Translations under genes and position numbers: made by a program
Assembly: GCA_964445525.1 (NCBI GenBank)
Contig: CAYULA010000018.1
Coordinates: 36-64,035, forward strand
Length of the DNA stretch: 64,000 nt
From: an uncultured Thermoplasmatales archaeon
Lineage (GTDB): Archaea > Thermoplasmatota > Penumbrarchaeia > Penumbrarchaeales > Penumbrarchaeaceae
Direction: 5' to 3'
Notes under the pieces: model-generated
What the model was told of the DNA's origin: nothing
Databases searched by the model: none
The model's input: only the letters and a program-made list of their open reading frames with translations
Shown here: piece after piece, positions 7,845 to 17,146 of the stretch
Layout: each line of letters opens with the position of its first letter
Numbering within the stretch: position 1 is the first letter of the stretch

Positions 7845-10229
7845 TCAGCTGGGGTTTCTTTTGGTAAGCCTCACAACTCCGAAGATCACAACAAGTCCCA
7901 CTATTATCACCATCGATATGATAAGCAAGGAATTCAGACCTATTCCTTCCCGATTCCCGCCTTCAATCTCATTTTCCGATGGGGCCTGGACAGTGAATGT
8001 TATGGAAGATGTTGAAGTCCTTCCCTCCGTATCCACGGCCAGTACCTCGATTTCATAGGTTCCCATCTCGAGGTCCTTCACGGGAGGAAGCTTACCCGTG
8101 TATTCATTGTCCTCTGCCTCGGGATCAGGTTGTTTTCCATCATCCTTCAGCTCCAGAAGCTGTTCCTCTCCCGTGGTGGAGATGTCGGCAAAAACCCTGT
8201 CTATGGGAGATTCCATCCTGACTATCCTGGCTGTAATGATCACATCGACATTTGATGTGCCTTCCCTTATCCTGTCCGGCTGAAGGGAGAGTCTTTCTAT
8301 GTAGGGTGAACTGCCGACCGGACCCTCGAACACTGTCAATCTCAATGTTTCCGAATCCTCGGCTCCGTAAGGATCCGTCACCCTGAGGTCAATGGTAACC
8401 GTTCCCGCTTGATCGGGGGCCTCAAAATCCACATCGCTTCCGGATCCTGTAATTGCCCCGGAGGAGGATTCCCAGAAATAATCGAGGGAATCTCCGTCGG
8501 GATCCTCTGCCGAGGCAATAATGGAGGCAGTCATTCCGACTTTTACCTCGGCTGGTATGGAGTACAACTCAATGATTCTGGGAGGCCTGTTGGGTTCTCC
8601 CTCCTCCACCTCCACCTCCGCTATCCTGGAAGCGCTTGCTCCGAAGGTGTCGGTGGCTGTGAATGATATAACATAGGTTCCTGGATCAGAGGGAGCTATG
8701 TACCTGTATTCGGGGTAATCGCCGGTTAGCGAACCTCCGTCAGCCGAGATCTCGTAGGTCAGCCGATCCTCGTCGGGGTCGTAGGCTTCAACGGTCACCC
8801 TGCATTCCGATCCGACGGTGGTTGTTCCGGGAACAATTTCAAGGGATCTTATGACCGGGGGGAAATTGGAATCCAAATATCTCTCGGCTTCTCTAACCGT
8901 TTCGTAAGAATCCAGTATGCCGTATCCGTAATGAACATTGTATTTTTCCGAAAGCGAGTCATCATATGGCTCTCCCCTTGCCTCTGCTGTCTTGTGGAGT
9001 ATTGTCCTGATCGGATTCTTCCCCGGCCTGGGTTTCAAATCCGGATTTGCCTGGAGCATCAATGCCACAGATCCCGATACATGAGGTGTCGCATATGAGG
9101 TCCCGGATGCCACTGACCAACCCATAATAGGACCAGGAGAGTTCTTATCACTCGCCTCGGCCACCATTATGTTTGATGCAGGTGCGGATATGTCCGGTTT
9201 GAGTTCATCATAGGGGTTGTCATCACCGTCATCGGACCTGGGACCCCATGTTGATTGGGGCCAGTACTCATCATCCGATCTGTCCACGGTATCCTTGTCT
9301 TCCGTCCCTCCAACAATAATTGAATCGTCGGACCAGTAATTGGGACCGTTCGGATCGGACTCGAACGGTTCCCCGCTGTTTGTTGCGGCAGATATCACCG
9401 GCATTCCGTTTTCGACACAAGCTTTGATCAAGGAATGAACCGGTCCGTCGGGATTCCCCAAACCAGCCGAGATCGAAATGACATCAACTCCCCTGAATCC
9501 GTTTCCCCAGTCCGTATCCTTGTTGTCCATACACCATTCAAGTGCTGCTGCGATCGGGTTTTCCATTGTGGGGCCCAATTTCCTGATCCTGAGGTCAATG
9601 AGTCCTGCTTCGGGAGCAATTCCCATATTGGTTATGGTGCCTGTAGAATCTCCTTTTCCAAGAGCTACCGATGCCACCCCGGTTCCGTGTCCGTCAAGGT
9701 CATCAGGGTCAACGGAACCGTCCCTTGGATTCAGGGGAGATTCCGGAGAAGAAAAATCCGCTCCGGCTACGAATGAGCCGATGAAAGTGGGATGATTCTC
9801 ATTATCCACTCCGGAATCTATGATGGCAATCGTCATGCCTTCTCCCCTGTAGCCGAGATCGTGAGCTGTGTCCGGAGAATAATTGCTCGAAGGAACCGCC
9901 TTGACACTTTTCGCTGAAACGTATATGGAGTTTTCCACGGAAGCCTCTTCAATAATTTTTTCAACTCCTTCGATTGACAGGATCTCTGATCGTGTCTCAT
10001 ACGAATCAATTGATATTTTCTGGTATGGGACATATCTCAGGGGTTCTCCCATTTCGAGATTCAGTTTTCCGAGTTCTTCTCTTATGCTTCCCATAACATC
10101 CAGATTCTCACCTACCACGAAGAGATCCTCTTTGAAACATTGATCTGATTGGTTTCCTGGCAAGAAGCTCATGATGGGTGCCGAAAGTAAAATAACAGCC
10201 ATCATCATTAATCGGATTTTGGGGAACAT
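7845..10229 (-). CDS. subtilisin-like serine protease (S8) with PKD-like repeats and C-terminal TM anchor
   Basis: The catalytic triad contexts are present: IAIIDSGVD (Asp), DGHGTGVAS (His) and SGTSYATPHVSGS (Ser). It has a signal peptide, two approximately 90-aa Ig/PKD-like repeats (DPDEDRLTYE, DPDGDSLDYFW) and a terminal hydrophobic helix. Confidence 0.9.
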   Translation of the reverse strand: MFPKIRLMMMAVILLSAPIMSFLPGNQSDQCFKEDLFVVGENLDVMGSIREELGKLNLEMGEPLRYVPYQKISIDSYETRSEILSIEGVEKIIEEASVENSIYVSAKSVKAVPSSNYSPDTAHDLGYRGEGMTIAIIDSGVDNENHPTFIGSFVAGADFSSPESPLNPRDGSVDPDDLDGHGTGVASVALGKGDSTGTITNMGIAPEAGLIDLRIRKLGPTMENPIAAALEWCMDNKDTDWGNGFRGVDVISISAGLGNPDGPVHSLIKACVENGMPVISAATNSGEPFESDPNGPNYWSDDSIIVGGTEDKDTVDRSDDEYWPQSTWGPRSDDGDDNPYDELKPDISAPASNIMVAEASDKNSPGPIMGWSVASGTSYATPHVSGSVALMLQANPDLKPRPGKNPIRTILHKTAEARGEPYDDSLSEKYNVHYGYGILDSYETVREAERYLDSNFPPVIRSLEIVPGTTTVGSECRVTVEAYDPDEDRLTYEISADGGSLTGDYPEYRYIAPSDPGTYVISFTATDTFGASASRIAEVEVEEGEPNRPPRIIELYSIPAEVKVGMTASIIASAEDPDGDSLDYFWESSSGAITGSGSDVDFEAPDQAGTVTIDLRVTDPYGAEDSETLRLTVFEGPVGSSPYIERLSLQPDRIREGTSNVDVIITARIVRMESPIDRVFADISTTGEEQLLELKDDGKQPDPEAEDNEYTGKLPPVKDLEMGTYEIEVLAVDTEGRTSTSSITFTVQAPSENEIEGGNREGIGLNSLLIISMVIIVGLVVIFGVVRLTKRNPS

Positions 10230-10305
10230 CCATACACCGCCTGGGAGTTCTCAACTATCGATAAATAGTCTTTGATATCCCGATGAAAAAAAGCACATAC
10301 CGATA

Positions 10306-12156
10306 ATGGAACGGAAACATATTAAAAACCCATCCCAGCTGAAATTTCAATATCCGGAGTTGTCAAAATTGAAGTATAAGCCAGGACCCGTTGAGGATCT
10401 TGATATGGAGGTCTTCAGGCAATTTGCTGAAAACTCGATCCAGGGTGTTGGCATAGCGCAATTCGATGGAAGGATCATCTTCATGAACTTCACTCTGATG
10501 GAGATGCTGGGGATATCATCGCTGGAGGATGCAGTTGGTATGAATCTGGAGGAAGTATATCCTCCAGGTGAATGGGATGATATCAAAAAGCAGATGTTTG
10601 ATTCTGTTGAGGCCGAGGGCAAGTGGAAGGCTCCGGTTCGCATGAAAAGATCCGACGGAGATACGATCCTTACGGAACAAAACGTTTTCAAAATCGGGAT
10701 CAAGGGTAGAAGATATCTGGGGAACCTGGTGAACGACATATCACACCTCAAAAAAATCGAGACCGATCTCAGAAACGAGAAGGAATTCTACAAGAGCTTC
10801 ACGGAATCTCTGGGTGACTGGGTATGGGAGATGGATCTGGAGGGAAACCACACATACTCCAACGGTGCTGTTAAGGACATACTTGGATATTCGGTGGAAG
10901 AAACTGTTGGAAGAAATACAATAGATTTCTGGCTGGATAGGACCCTCACGGAGAAACAGCTTGAAAGACATAAAAAATCACTCAGGAGCGGGGAGGGTTG
11001 GACGAATTTTCAGGCGGTTTTCCGCCATAAGACCGGTCGTCCTGTATACGTTCTTTCATCTGCTGTTCCGATTTTCGATGAGAGCGGATCTTTGAAAGGC
11101 TACAGAGGAATCGACAGGGATGTAACCCAGAGAGTGGAAGCAACCAATAAGCTGAATGAATCCAGGAACAAGCTGAATTCCATAATTGAGACTGCAAAGG
11201 AGATCATATTCACCTCGGACAGGGAAGGTATACTGGATTTCATCTCTCCCGCCCTGACCCCGACATTGGGTTACGAACCGGATGAACTTCTGGGCAATAC
11301 CATCTTTGAATATGTACATCCCGATGACAGAAAACTACTTCTGGAATCCGGAAGGGCATTGGTTGCAAGCGGCAGGGGTTTCGATCATGTTGATTACAGG
11401 TTGAGAAAAAAGGGAGGCGGATATCTCTGGCAGAGGATGACAATGTCACCTCAGCTAGATGCTAACGGCAATGTTGTAAAGATAGTCGGAGTCACCCAGG
11501 ATATTACGGATAGAAAGAACAATGAGACGAGAATACTTCAGTACAACGATTTGTTGAGGATAATCAACAGGATACTCCGTCACGATCTCACCAATAACCT
11601 CTTCATGATAAAGACCGCTTTGGACCACTACAGGATAGTGAAGGAAGACAAGTGGCTCGAGTCCGCCGAGGCAAAGGCGGACAGATCCTTCGAACTTATT
11701 GATCAGATGAGATCGCTGGAATCGATTGTAGCCTCCGGAGGATCCATGAGACCGGTGGACCTTAGGGAGGCAATGGAGAGGATAAGGACCGGGTTCGAGA
11801 TACCGATAGAGATTGACTGCGATGTCAAGGTAATGGCTGATGATGCCCTGTACTCGGTCATTGAGAACATTATCAGAAATGCCATAAAGCACGGTGGAAC
11901 TGACAGGATGGAGGTCGTCTGCTTTGACGAAGGCGACAACGATGTTCGACTCGATATGATCGATCATGGAAGCGGTATTCCGGATGAAATAATTGACAGG
12001 ATTTTCGACGAGACCTTCAAGTACGGAAATACTGCAGGAACCGGTATTGGACTCTACATTGCAAAAAGGACCGTGGAAAGATACGGTGGAAGAATAAAAG
12101 TGTCGAATACTCCCGGAGGAGGTGCCACCTTATCAATATGGCTGGCCAGGGTATGA
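10306..12156 (+). CDS. multi-PAS sensor histidine kinase
   Basis: It has three PAS-like modules (repeated DITxRK / DVTQR ends), the H-box region ILRHDLTNNL, and HATPase N/G boxes (NIIRNAIKHG, DHGSGIP, GTGIGL). Confidence 0.85.
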   Translation: MERKHIKNPSQLKFQYPELSKLKYKPGPVEDLDMEVFRQFAENSIQGVGIAQFDGRIIFMNFTLMEMLGISSLEDAVGMNLEEVYPPGEWDDIKKQMFDSVEAEGKWKAPVRMKRSDGDTILTEQNVFKIGIKGRRYLGNLVNDISHLKKIETDLRNEKEFYKSFTESLGDWVWEMDLEGNHTYSNGAVKDILGYSVEETVGRNTIDFWLDRTLTEKQLERHKKSLRSGEGWTNFQAVFRHKTGRPVYVLSSAVPIFDESGSLKGYRGIDRDVTQRVEATNKLNESRNKLNSIIETAKEIIFTSDREGILDFISPALTPTLGYEPDELLGNTIFEYVHPDDRKLLLESGRALVASGRGFDHVDYRLRKKGGGYLWQRMTMSPQLDANGNVVKIVGVTQDITDRKNNETRILQYNDLLRIINRILRHDLTNNLFMIKTALDHYRIVKEDKWLESAEAKADRSFELIDQMRSLESIVASGGSMRPVDLREAMERIRTGFEIPIEIDCDVKVMADDALYSVIENIIRNAIKHGGTDRMEVVCFDEGDNDVRLDMIDHGSGIPDEIIDRIFDETFKYGNTAGTGIGLYIAKRTVERYGGRIKVSNTPGGGATLSIWLARV

Positions 12157-12162
12157 TCATTG

Positions 12163-12489
12163 TTAATTTCCGGAGATTTCCAAAGATCTCCGGGACCATT
12201 CAAGTAATTCGTCGTCATCCTCCAGCACCTCCGGGGGAACCTCGAAATAGGGCATGGTCATCTTTCTGTTCGGATAAGGTATGAACCTTCCCATGCCCTT
12301 TTCAATGAAATCTCCCTCGATCGTGCTGTCGGTCTTCAGATAGAGATCGGATTCGTACACAATGCCGAATATTTTGTTATCCATGTAAAGACCAGCTCCT
12401 CCGAACATCTTTTTCACGTGGAATCCTTCCAGTTTTGACAGGATCCCGCTGATGTAATCCAGGAAGATCTCGTTTACGGTCATTTTCAT
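12163..12489 (-). CDS. TfoX N-terminal-domain protein
   Basis: KKMFGGAGLYMDNKIFGIV matches the TfoX_N core. I moved the start to ATG 12489 (MKMTVNE), which overlaps the TGA of the upstream YHS ORF in an ATGA arrangement. The 131-aa track ORF is an N-terminal over-extension. Confidence 0.7.
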   Translation of the reverse strand: MKMTVNEIFLDYISGILSKLEGFHVKKMFGGAGLYMDNKIFGIVYESDLYLKTDSTIEGDFIEKGMGRFIPYPNRKMTMPYFEVPPEVLEDDDELLEWSRRSLEISGN

Positions 12490-12656
12490 CCCATTTTTAC
12501 CTGTGCTTCCTTGCTTGCCAGGTATTTTTCGGGTTCCTTTTCGAATAGGTACCTGCATCCTGGTGCGCAGAAGTAGTATTTCCTGCCTTTGTAATCACTC
12601 GTCCATTTCGCATTTTTCGGATCGACCTTCATGTGGCATACCGGGTCCTTTTCCAT
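12486..12656 (-). CDS. YHS/TRASH-type metal-binding protein (56 aa), absent from the ORF track
   Basis: Hand translation gives MEKDPVCHMKVDPKNAKWTSDYKGRKYYFCAPGCRYLFEKEPEKYLASKEAQVKMG. The pattern DPVC-x-M-x-V ... YYFC-x2-GC-x3-F is the YHS signature. The start lies 2 nt after the copA stop. Confidence 0.75.
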   Translation of the reverse strand: MEKDPVCHMKVDPKNAKWTSDYKGRKYYFCAPGCRYLFEKEPEKYLASKEAQVKMG

Positions 12657-12657
12657 T

Positions 12658-15096
12658 TCATTTCCTCCTTTGGACTTTGAATCTTTTTAATGTCAATGAT
12701 AGCGTTACAACCGTTACCGAGCTTGCGGCCATGGCCAGACCGGCGAATTCGGGACGGAGGTCGATATTCCACGGGTGCAAGGCCCCGGCCGCAACCGGAA
12801 TGAGTATTGTATTGTAGGCAAATGCCCAGAAAATATTCTGTTTTATCCTCCTCATAACCTTCTTGGATAGTAGAAGTCCGTCCACGCCATCTTCCAGATC
12901 ATCCTTCACAAGGATGATCTCCCCGCTTTCCATTGCGATGTCGGTTCCGCCCCCCATTGCTATTCCAACATCGGCTTGAGCAAGTGCGGGTGCATCATTT
13001 ATTCCGTCACCAATGAAAGCCACTTTTCTTCCTTTCTCCTGGAGTTCTTTTACCTTTCTGGATTTATCATCCGGGAGGACCTCTGCAATCACATTCTCGA
13101 TTCCAACCTCCGAGGCCACCGCCTTCGCACCTACCTCGCTGTCTCCGGTGATCATGTAAATATCAATACCCAGCTGTTTCATTCTCTGAACGGCATTTTT
13201 CGAGGATTCCTTTACGCTGTCGGATATTGCAAGACCGCCGACAGCTTTTCCATCGATTGATACAAGGGAGACGGTCATGCCCTTACCCTGTTTTTCCTGC
13301 TTCCATCTTTCGATCTTACGGGGTATCCTGATTTTTTCCTGTTCCAGTAGCTCCTTTTTTCCGATCAAGACCTTTTTTCCGGATACTTTGCCGCCTATTC
13401 CGAAACCCTCCCTCGCCTCTGCCTCTGAAGCTTCCGGCAGTTTGATCCCTTTTGCAGCGTCCAGTATTGCAGCGGCGAGAGGGTGCTCCGAACCGGACTC
13501 AAGAGATGCGGATATCTTGAGGAGCTCCTTTTCTTCGATATCATGACTCAAAACCTCCCTCAAAACAGGTTTTCCCCTGGTTATGGTTCCGGTCTTGTCA
13601 AGGACCACAGTATCAATGGAACCGGACCTCTGGAGTGCTTCACCGTTCCTGATCAGGATTCCGAGCTCCGCTCCTCTTCCTGTTCCGACCGTCACAGCAG
13701 TGGGCGTTGCCAATCCCAGGGCACAGGGGCAGGCAATGACCAGTATGGAAACCAGCCTGGTGAATGCGAAGAGCAGTTCCTCCCCGAGTATCAAGTACCA
13801 CAGGATGAAGGTCACTATTGCGACTGTGAGCACGGCAGGAATGAAATAGGTGACCACCTTGTCTGCGATTCTCTGGATGTCAGGTTTTGTTGCCTGCGCT
13901 TCCTCAACGGACCTTATGATGTTTGCCAACAAAGTGTCAGCTCCAACGCCTGTGGCCTCCACCACCAGCGCTCCCTTCCCGTTTACGGTCCCGCCCACAA
14001 CCTTTTCATTCTCTCTCTTTTCCACGGGAATCGGTTCCCCTGTCACCATGGATTCATCCACAAATGACCTGCCCTTGCGAACAAGACCGTCAACCGGAAA
14101 CCTCTCTCCGGGTTTCACAAGTATGAGATCTTTCCTCTTTACAACCTCGATATCAACCTCGACATTACCATCCTCAGTAACCAGAGTCGCTTTGTTGGGT
14201 CTGAGGCCAATAAGTTTTTTTATCGCGGTATTGGTCCTGCCCTTTGCTCTGGACTCTAAGTATCTTCCTAGCGTAAGGAATCCCGCAAGCATCAGAACAG
14301 TGTCGTAGAACATGAACTCCTTGGAAAGTCCCAAACCGAAAGTTCCCAGAACCGATGCGAGGTATGCGGAACCCATTCCGAGGGAGTACATGACATCCAT
14401 ATTCAGGTTCCCGTGTCGGAGGTTCTTGAAAGCGGCGGAGAAGATGGGATGGGATATGAAAATGAAGATGGGAGAAGTAAAAATGAACAGGGCCAATCCC
14501 ATGTCGAAGGGAAACATGATCCCGGACCACATGAGTATCATAAGCGGTAATCCTATGCCCAATCCAATCATGGCACGTGCCAGTCTGACTCTCTGGCCCC
14601 TGTTGAATATCCTCTCCTCCTCATCCATGTCGATTTCCTCTTCCCTTCCAAGGAAGCTGTAACCCAGTTCTTCGATGGAATTCTTGATATCGCCAACCGA
14701 AACCAAAGATGAGTTGTATGATGTCTTCACACTGCCGGAAGAGAGATTGACCCTTGCCTCGGATATGCCTTCCATCTCCTCCAATCTTTTTTCAATTGCC
14801 GCGGAACATGCGGCACAGGTCATTCCGCCCACTTTCACCGTAATTGATTCGTGAGTTGTTCCGTAACCGATCTTTTTTATTGCATTTTCCATTTTCTCAA
14901 GATCTACGATCTCAGGATCGTAATCGACAATGGCCTTTCCGGTTCCGAGGTTAACCGAAGCCCCCCCTACTCCTTTTGTATCCTTCAGTACTGATGATAC
15001 TGCCTGTGAGCATACAGCACAGGTCATGCCGGTTACGTTGATCTCAACACGGTCCAATTGATTACCATAAATCCATAGTATGGATTCGTTAATCAA
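12658..15096 (-). CDS. copA: copper-translocating P1B-type ATPase
   Basis: It has two N-terminal HMA domains ([22 protein letters not shown]) and the membrane CPC motif ([11 protein letters not shown]). It also has DKTGTIT, the TGEP-like TGEPIPV, and GDGINDAP. Confidence 0.95.
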   Translation of the reverse strand: MINESILWIYGNQLDRVEINVTGMTCAVCSQAVSSVLKDTKGVGGASVNLGTGKAIVDYDPEIVDLEKMENAIKKIGYGTTHESITVKVGGMTCAACSAAIEKRLEEMEGISEARVNLSSGSVKTSYNSSLVSVGDIKNSIEELGYSFLGREEEIDMDEEERIFNRGQRVRLARAMIGLGIGLPLMILMWSGIMFPFDMGLALFIFTSPIFIFISHPIFSAAFKNLRHGNLNMDVMYSLGMGSAYLASVLGTFGLGLSKEFMFYDTVLMLAGFLTLGRYLESRAKGRTNTAIKKLIGLRPNKATLVTEDGNVEVDIEVVKRKDLILVKPGERFPVDGLVRKGRSFVDESMVTGEPIPVEKRENEKVVGGTVNGKGALVVEATGVGADTLLANIIRSVEEAQATKPDIQRIADKVVTYFIPAVLTVAIVTFILWYLILGEELLFAFTRLVSILVIACPCALGLATPTAVTVGTGRGAELGILIRNGEALQRSGSIDTVVLDKTGTITRGKPVLREVLSHDIEEKELLKISASLESGSEHPLAAAILDAAKGIKLPEASEAEAREGFGIGGKVSGKKVLIGKKELLEQEKIRIPRKIERWKQEKQGKGMTVSLVSIDGKAVGGLAISDSVKESSKNAVQRMKQLGIDIYMITGDSEVGAKAVASEVGIENVIAEVLPDDKSRKVKELQEKGRKVAFIGDGINDAPALAQADVGIAMGGGTDIAMESGEIILVKDDLEDGVDGLLLSKKVMRRIKQNIFWAFAYNTILIPVAAGALHPWNIDLRPEFAGLAMAASSVTVVTLSLTLKRFKVQRRK

Positions 15097-15112
15097 TTAG
15101 TCCCCTTAATAT

Positions 15113-15595
15113 TCAAGATCCTTTCATTTCCTTCAGAGTTTGCAGGACCTCTTCCGCATGCCCCTTAACCTTGACCTTCCTCCATTCTCTCTTGACATCG
15201 CCGTCCGGATCAATGAGGAAGGTTGACCTTTCAACCCCCATGTATTCCTTTCCGTACATCTTCTTTTTCTTCCATGCACCATATTCCTCAAGTGCCTTAT
15301 GGTCGGGGTCGGAGAGCAGGGTTAACTTCAGCTCATGCTTGCCTATGAATTTCAGGTGGCTCTGGATGGAATCCGGGCTTACTCCCACAATTTTGGCCCC
15401 TTCCTTGCTGAAATCTTCCACCATGCAGGTAAAATCAACCGCTTCTGTGGTACAGCCAGGGGTGTTGTCCTTGGGGTAGAAGTAGAGAACCTTCCAATCA
15501 CCCTTCATATCATCAAGGCACACTTCCTTCTCTTCCTGATCCTTCAAACAGAAGGATGGAGCTTTCTTTCCTGTCAAATCCATATCATCTGTCAT
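15113..15595 (-). CDS. bcp: thiol peroxidase / peroxiredoxin Bcp
   Basis: FYPKDNTPGCTTEA is the peroxidatic Cys motif. I chose the start at ATG 15595 (MTDDMDLTGKKAPSF). The track ORF adds 30 poorly coding residues. Confidence 0.9.
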   Translation of the reverse strand: MTDDMDLTGKKAPSFCLKDQEEKEVCLDDMKGDWKVLYFYPKDNTPGCTTEAVDFTCMVEDFSKEGAKIVGVSPDSIQSHLKFIGKHELKLTLLSDPDHKALEEYGAWKKKKMYGKEYMGVERSTFLIDPDGDVKREWRKVKVKGHAEEVLQTLKEMKGS

Positions 15596-15674
15596 ATTGA
15601 TTCCTCGATATGAAAACGTACAGGTAATATTCAGCTTTGCTCCCCTACATATTCGGTTTGTGATTCCAAGCTTT

Positions 15675-16247
15675 CTAGCCTTCATTGGGAGTAGAGGGCA
15701 TAGGAGGTATGAATTCCTTCAGCTTGTTCACATTGGGATTGACCTTACCCCACCTGATCATGGAAAATGCCACATCGATTATCTCCGGCCTGTCCTCGAG
15801 GTATCTGTCGTATTCGAGCCTGATGGAATCATAATATTTTCTGGCGGTCATCCAGTTTGGTGCGGCGAAAATAACCAAAAGATCGTACTTTCCGTTGAGA
15901 TAATATGTGTCCATAAGCCTGATGTTGAGTTCGCCAGGTGCGTTTGTGAGATGTCTCTTGATTAGAAGCTTTGCCTGATCGGCCGTAAGTGGTTTGAGCT
16001 TGATAAGCAATATGAATGATTTCCAATCGATCACATTCTCGTCCACAACGGCGGTGTAGCCCCAAATTGCTTCCATATCCTCCAACTTCCTCTTCTCTCT
16101 CCAGACCTTCTGCCTGTAGGATCCGCATGAACGAGCGATCTCCTCCAGAGATCTTGTTGGATCTCTCAGTAGTTCGTTGAGGATCTTGTGACCTTTGAAT
16201 TCTGTTGTCAGGGTGGGCTTCTCATCGAGGGACATAATATCGACCAA
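15675..16247 (-). CDS. Lrp/AsnC-like HTH transcriptional regulator (long form)
   Basis: N-terminal HTH ILNELLRDPTRSLEEIARSCGSYRQKVWREKRKLE, followed by an alpha/beta region with the same layout as an RAM domain. Confidence 0.55.
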   Translation of the reverse strand: MVDIMSLDEKPTLTTEFKGHKILNELLRDPTRSLEEIARSCGSYRQKVWREKRKLEDMEAIWGYTAVVDENVIDWKSFILLIKLKPLTADQAKLLIKRHLTNAPGELNIRLMDTYYLNGKYDLLVIFAAPNWMTARKYYDSIRLEYDRYLEDRPEIIDVAFSMIRWGKVNPNVNKLKEFIPPMPSTPNEG

Positions 16248-16290
16248 ATGGTCGAATGTAGTCTTACACTTAATCGTTTCGGTCCGAATT

Positions 16291-16306
16291 CGGACCTTTG
16301 TAACTG
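16291..16306. promoter_or_regulatory. 16-bp perfect palindrome GGTCCGAATTCGGACC, candidate operator
   Basis: It sits 44 nt upstream of the regulator start (16247) inside a 315-bp divergent intergenic region. Confidence 0.3.
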
Positions 16307-16563
16307 TTTTTTGAAAAATTTGTTACCCTTTCTTGGATAACAATAGGCAACAGCACCGTTGATAACAACATTTGCATCAATGTACGAAACAATCCGGATA
16401 TTTCTTCTTGGATATTGTATCTTTCGAGGGCTTCAAACCGAAACAATCCATGATATTCACATATCCCTCTGAAAAACATTTAAAGAATAGAAGACCACTA
16501 TCCGCAATAGGCTGCCCTTGATATGTGGGGAAAGACGGGACCCGAGAGCAAAGAGGGATATAG

Positions 16564-16914
16564 ATGCTCACAGAGATAACTCAACTGGAAGGTCTTGAGG
16601 TAATAACGGACAAGGGATTATCCCTTGGATACGTAGAAGATGTGATTGTGGACCTGGACAACGAGGAGATCTATGAACTGCTCGTTTCAGAGACCAATGA
16701 AGAGCTCGTGGAAGACGGAGCAAGCGTCGGGGTGCCCTACAGATGGATCCAGTCCATCTCCAGGGTTGTTTTGCTGAAACACTTCCCTGGGAAGATAAAA
16801 AGGAAGGAACAGTTCGAGATTCCTGCCATGGCCCAGGATGGAAGAAGGCGGAAGCTCCGGGTGGTCAAGAAGGACCACGGTGAAGGAGGAGTTGGCCGCC
16901 TGGGCTGGAGATAG
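16564..16914 (+). CDS. PRC-barrel domain protein
   Basis: LEGLEVITDKGLSLGYVEDVIVDLDNEEIYELLV is a typical PRC-barrel N-terminus. Confidence 0.7.
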   Translation: MLTEITQLEGLEVITDKGLSLGYVEDVIVDLDNEEIYELLVSETNEELVEDGASVGVPYRWIQSISRVVLLKHFPGKIKRKEQFEIPAMAQDGRRRKLRVVKKDHGEGGVGRLGWR

Positions 16915-16918
16915 ATGG

Positions 16919-17146
16919 GTGAGAATTTTGGCCTTCAAAGACCTGACACCTGCCGAAACTAGGGTCTATGAATACGTCAGGGACAATGATTTCGAGTCCA
17001 TGCCCTGGGTCACGGCATCCGCCGCCAGGGATCTTGGAATGACCGAGGAAGACGTTTACAAGGCACTCTCCGAATTGACAAAGAAGATAAGGGATAATAT
17101 CTGGATCCATTATGATTCGGGAGAACTCCATATCTCCGCGGATTAG
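16919..17146 (+). CDS. small winged-helix DNA-binding protein (75 aa)
   Basis: LTPAETRVYEYVRDN ... ASAARDLGMTEEDVYKALSELTKK has a MarR/TrmB-like wHTH pattern. I prefer the GTG start at 16919, which has GGAG 8 nt upstream and lies 5 nt after the upstream stop. The track ATG 16838 overlaps the PRC-barrel gene by 77 nt. Confidence 0.5.
   Translation: MRILAFKDLTPAETRVYEYVRDNDFESMPWVTASAARDLGMTEEDVYKALSELTKKIRDNIWIHYDSGELHISAD

Noticed and set aside
11455-14662. Many 60-190-aa ORFs antisense or out of frame within the histidine kinase and copA genes (for example 11455..11967, 13483..14067, 13850..14308)
   Set aside because: All lie inside genes with strong motif support, and their compositions are typical of shadow frames.
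16270-16571. Two ORFs (69 and 64 aa) in the long intergenic region
   Set aside because: They have no RBS or TATA context I could see and unconvincing composition. The region is treated as regulatory non-coding sequence.
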